From: Macrostomum lignano
Lineage: Eukaryota
Length of the DNA stretch: 64,000 nucleotides
Assembly (NCBI GenBank): GCA_002269645.1
Contig: NIVC01001541.1
Coordinates: 62,001-126,000, forward strand
Direction: 5' to 3'
Every line of letters begins with the position of its first letter. Within the stretch, counting starts at the first letter, position 1. The translations under genes and the position numbers were made by a program. The notes beneath the pieces are model-generated. The model was not told the origin of the DNA. It searched no databases and was given only the letters and a program-made list of their open reading frames with translations. Of this stretch, positions 60,001 to 64,000 are shown in pieces.

Positions 60001-61691
60001 ATTACATCGTCTAAGTAAGCTATGGCGAACTTTTGTGCAATGTCCTTAAGAACTAAGTTCATGCACCTTTGAAAAGTTCCTGGAGCTCCTTGCAATCCCA
60101 TTGGCAATACTTCGTACTCAAACGAGCCTCGATGTAAGGTTGGAAAGCTAGTCTTGCACTTATCTTCTTCCCTAAGAGCTATCTGATAATATCCCGAAAA
60201 TAGATCTAACGTAGAAAATTGACTGGCTCCATGGAGACATGAAAATGTTTCATTGATATTAGTTATTGGATACGGAAAGTACTCCGATTTATTGTTTAGT
60301 GCTCGATAGTCGTTAACTAATCTCAGCGAACCGTCTTTCTTAGGTACTATGACTAATGGAGTCGAGTACTGCGAGTAACTAGGCCTAATTATGCCTCTAG
60401 CCAACATGAAATCCAACTGCTCATCTACCTCCTTGATCCAATGAGGTGGAATCTTCCTAGCTGGTATCTGAACTGGGTTGTTATCCTTCAAGATAATTTC
60501 ATGTGTGACTAAATGCGTTCTGCCTAAGTCTAACTCGTGCTGCGAGAAAGCTGCTGAATGTTCCTTGACGACCTCGATCACCTTTTGTCTCTGTTCCTGA
60601 GTCAGTTCAGTTCCTATGTTAATCTCACTAATCCAGTCTTCTGACTTCTCCTGTACCTGACTGATCTTTTCCCTGTTTCCGCAAGACTGCGTGTTCCTAT
60701 TCTGCTCCTCTTCTGGCTGTTCCTTGAGATAGTTAAGCTCGCTAGCTAAGAGTGGTTTAGCCATCCCAACTAATGCTGATGCTGGTACTCTCGCTTCCTG
60801 TGAACTGGTGTTGATCACTTCTAAGTAAGCTTCCCCTTGTCTTAGAGTTACTAAACTTGGCACTACGGTTACCTTCTCTGTTCTAGTCTTTAATCCTGAT
60901 CTGAGTGGCTCAACAACTGATGGCACTCCGAAATTAGTTTCACTACCTGCTGCTAATCTGACCTTGACTAATCCTGAACTATTGGCTGGAACTGTCGTCT
61001 TTTCTGCGACATAGATTCTCCTAACCTGAGGCTTAGCTCTGGTTGATCGAAGCGGAATTCTAGTTCCTTGTTTCATGGTTAGCATTCCTGCATCGAAGTC
61101 AATAGTAGTACAATAATTTTGGACAAACGTCACACCTATTACATTGTCTACATCTGCGTCACATAAGAGAAACTCAACTTCTTCTTCGAAATCGCCAAAT
61201 GTTGCCTTAATAACTACGAAACCCTTAATTGGAATAGGCTCTTCCATAAAGGAAACAATTCTATTGTCCCAATGCTTAATTAGATGCCTATTCTTGCCAG
61301 TGAAAAGATGCTTCCAGGTTTCGCGTCCTAAGATATTTCTATTACTGCCAGTGTCTAATAGATAAACTATTTTCTTATTTAAAATGCTGCCAGTGATGTA
61401 CGGATCGTAACGTTGTTTTTTAGTTTGTTCAGTTAATTTTGGTTGTTTTAGCTGCTGCTTGCTAGAATAAGGTTGCTGTTGTGGTGCGTTTGAAAAGTGC
61501 TGAGAATAAATATTTGGTTGATTAAATGATTGATTAAATGATTGCGCATGCCTACTGCTATACACTGAAGAATTCAATTCACTATTTACAGAAAAATTAT
61601 CGCTGCTATTTACAGGTTGTGAGGCTACAGACTGTGAGGGATCTACTGCTGGAAAGCGTTGCCTCCGACGCTTCCGTCTACTCCGTTTCCC
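57064..61691 (-). CDS. Gypsy pol (protease, RT, RNase H, integrase) with a 1-bp frameshift in RT
   Basis: LLDTGS protease; YLDDV RT; LDTDAS..IGAVL RNase H; HH-CC (FHDSPLAGHLG...CKSC) and D,D,E integrase (HIDLIGP, HTDQG, VENLNK). Split into ORFs 59961-61577 and 57064-59955 at about 59967. A 33-bp coding repeat (QFMPVQHQNNE) lies near the C-terminus. Confidence 0.9.
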
Positions 61692-62701
61692 GAATTCTGC
61701 TGCTGAGGGTAATGCGGCTGCGGGTACTGCGGCTGCATCTGCTGCTGTGGGTACATCGGCTGCTGATACTGCGGCTGCTGATACTGCGGCTGCTGATACT
61801 GCGGCTGCTGGTACTGCATCTGCTGCTGAGCCGGGTACCTAAGCTGGTTCTGAGGATGTGGCTGTCTACAATTCTTAGCTAAGTGACCTAGCTTGCCACA
61901 CCTGTTACACTTTACTGGGGGACGCCCTTGCTGATTCTGGCCTTGCTGCTGCTGACCTGACGGCTGCTGCTGCTTGACCTTTTGCTCAACACTTTGGTGG
62001 TGTCGGAGTAACTCCTGAAGCACCTTCTGCTGGTTTTCTAGCGCCTCACCCTGTTTGCGGACCAATTCCTTCAAGCTATTCTCAGCTTCGTCTCCTCCAG
62101 TTGCCTTACACTGCTGCGGGTCTCTACCTCGGCGAGACATAGCGTACGCCATTTCAATACGTCGCAAGACTCGACGTGTCTCTTGAAGCGAGTTTACCTG
62201 AGCTAGCAGTAGCTTCTCTCTAGTCTCTGGGGCAACCCTAACACCTCTAATGAACTGTTCCACCACCTCTTTCTGTCTCTGATCGTTAGTTAGATGGGGA
62301 AACGCCCTGCATGCTAGCTCTGTTAGCTTCTCAGCGTAGTCATCAGTGCTTTCAGTTTTGCACTGGAACCTACTACGGAACTCTTCCCTAGCTTCTTGAG
62401 CACTACCTACATGCGTGAACCGCTCGATTAGCCTATCTTTAAAGTCTGCGTATGCTAGATTAGGATCTAAATTTAGCCTTGTCACGATAGCGAACGCTGA
62501 CTGAACATCTAGGTTAGACAGTAGCTCATTCTTCCACTCAGCTGGGGGTATCTCATCTGCGATACACCTCTGCTCAAAAGCCTGAATCCACACGTCTATA
62601 TCCTGATTAGGCGTGTACTTTTGGATCCTAATATGTTTCCTAATGTCTAGCCTGTCTCTAATGCCTTTAGCCAGTGCTTCTACTACGTCATTCGCTTCCA
62701 T
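61643..62701 (-). CDS. Gypsy gag
   Basis: 352-aa ORF with the CCHC zinc knuckle CNRCGKLGHLAKNC and gag-like FRSRFQCKTESTDDY...L. Confidence 0.9.
   Translation of the reverse strand: MEANDVVEALAKGIRDRLDIRKHIRIQKYTPNQDIDVWIQAFEQRCIADEIPPAEWKNELLSNLDVQSAFAIVTRLNLDPNLAYADFKDRLIERFTHVGSAQEAREEFRSRFQCKTESTDDYAEKLTELACRAFPHLTNDQRQKEVVEQFIRGVRVAPETREKLLLAQVNSLQETRRVLRRIEMAYAMSRRGRDPQQCKATGGDEAENSLKELVRKQGEALENQQKVLQELLRHHQSVEQKVKQQQPSGQQQQGQNQQGRPPVKCNRCGKLGHLAKNCRQPHPQNQLRYPAQQQMQYQQPQYQQPQYQQPQYQQPMYPQQQMQPQYPQPHYPQQQNSGNGVDGSVGGNAFQQ
61651..61691 (-). promoter_or_regulatory. -1 programmed ribosomal frameshift signal
   Basis: Slippery G GGA AAC in the gag frame, 9-nt spacer, stem GGAAGCGT/ACGCTTTCC; the -1 frame is open into pol. 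Confidence 0.7.
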
Positions 62702-63144
62702 ATTAGTTTAATTTTAGGTTGGATTTTAGAATTAACGCTTCTGGTTTAATAATTTTGGTCAGTAAATTGGCAAGACTCCAAATTTAGCTGCTAAATTGCC
62801 TAATGGTAAGACTTTAGTTAATAAAATAGCAGTGACTCTACTTTTATTACTTCCGCCTTACTTCTGGTCTTAATTGAGACCTTACTAATCTTCTAGCGAA
62901 GAAACTAAGTTAGAATTCCTTTCAGGAGCGTTAATCCGTTCCTAATCCGATAATCCGTTAATCTGAGATTAGACAATCTTAGACCAACTGACTATGTACA
63001 TTAATTCCCTAATTTAGAACCTAATTAGTAATTTTGTGTTAGTTTTAGTTATAATTTCAGCACATAGGAGTTAATCCGTTAATCCCTTACTAATCCTAAG
63101 CTCCAGTCTAATGTATGCGCTTCTCGGGTATTCTAATCCTCTAA

Positions 63145-63154
63145 GCTGCCACCA
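63145..63154 (-). promoter_or_regulatory. Primer-binding site (compatible with a tRNA-Leu 3' end)
   Basis: TGGTGGCAGC 2 nt after the CA end of the 5' LTR. Confidence 0.75.
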
Positions 63155-63156
63155 AT

Positions 63157-63574
63157 TGGACAAGTCGTGGTACCTGCGGTTTAGGCTACTGGTTTTCTAT
63201 TTGCTACTAAGGATTTTACTAGTGGATTATTGTCTGCTGCACTGATTTGAGATTTGGTAGTTTCGCTGCCACCAGGTTCCTGCTGTTCCCTAATTCTAGC
63301 TTTTAGGTTTAAAGAACTGAGCCAGGACACCAATTTAGACTTAGTTAACACAAAAAAATATTTAATAAAAGTAAATTACGGTACAAAAGTTAGTTTTGTT
63401 TTACATTAACTCCTTATTCCCGCTATAGTGCTTTGGGCAAGACTCCCAGTATTTTAGAGGCAAGACTCCTCTGTGCAAGCCTAACCCTTATATTTCCCTT
63501 TCTTACCACTTCTTCGCGAACTCTCTAAGTTAAACAGGAGAAGACACTCCAACGAAAGGCTTTCTTTCCCAAGA
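63157..63574 (-). repeat. 5' LTR, truncated (418 of 568 bp)
   Basis: Direct repeat of 55257-55674; similarity ends abruptly after CCCAAGA. Confidence 0.85.
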
Positions 63575-64000
63575 TTTCATTTTTCATTTTATAAGTACGA
63601 GCGCTTCAGCCCCTATCCGGGGCTCTTACGCTACTAATTATATTTAGTTTTCCGAATTGGTGTAAAATTAGTTCGATATTTGTGAAAAGATCTATAAAAC
63701 AGTAAAACAAATTTCATGTGGTGACTATAAAAATATTTGGTGCACTATAAAAATATTTGGTGCAGAAAATCAATTAAATATAAAACAATTGGTGCAATAA
63801 AACAAATAAAACTGCATTAATAATGAATATTTTGTGTAATAAGTTGACTAAGTATAAGTGGAACAATAAAAGAAGATATTTTTCAGTTAATATAGTTTAA
63901 ATAGCAGTTTAATAGAGGGTGTTAATAATAATAAAACAAATAAATACCATTTAAATAAATCACAAAGGTATTAGGGTCTGTTTGGACTTGTCTTTTTACA
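63575..64000 (-). mobile_element. Possible 3' end of a LINE/SINE-like insertion into the 5' LTR
   Basis: Hairpin AGCCCC-TATCC-GGGGCT (63608-63624) followed on the minus strand by an ATGAAA(A)ATGAAA tail abutting the LTR break. Confidence 0.3.

Larger units (their letters stand above)
55257..63574 (-). mobile_element. Ty3/Gypsy LTR retrotransposon, young, 5' LTR truncated
   Basis: Order gag, PR-RT-RNaseH-integrase, extra ORF; PBS and PPT present; the 418 bp shared by the two LTRs differ at one position. Confidence 0.95.

Overview
This is animal genomic DNA, not prokaryotic. GC-rich exons, minisatellite-filled introns and the transposon content suggest a free-living flatworm such as Macrostomum, but that is inference only. 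Host genes: (1) a 5'-truncated NACHT/WD-repeat (NWD1/2-like STAND NTPase) gene on + (128-15078), apparently ending in an E/Q-rich repeat and a Dpy-30-like docking motif, with an antisense WSC(+PAN/Apple-like) gene nested in its largest intron; (2) triosephosphate isomerase (-, one intron); (3) a divergent Pcf11-like gene (-, 5 exons); (4) an ATE1-like arginyltransferase (-, 3 exons); (5) a DEG/ENaC channel (+, 3 exons). Mobile DNA: an intact RTE-type LINE inserted in a decayed, internally deleted THAP/P-element; a complete P-superfamily transposon (32-bp TIRs, 7-bp TSD, intact 960-aa THAP transposase) just upstream of the ENaC gene; a young Ty3/Gypsy element with a -1 frameshift signal, an unexplained third ORF and a TAATCC-rich leader; and several non-autonomous or decayed elements and gene fragments. 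Most introns of the NWD, TPI, Pcf11 and ATE1 genes carry their own private minisatellite. No rRNA, intact tRNA or CRISPR array was seen. Exon boundaries were read by eye from splice signals and protein-family continuity, without transcript data.
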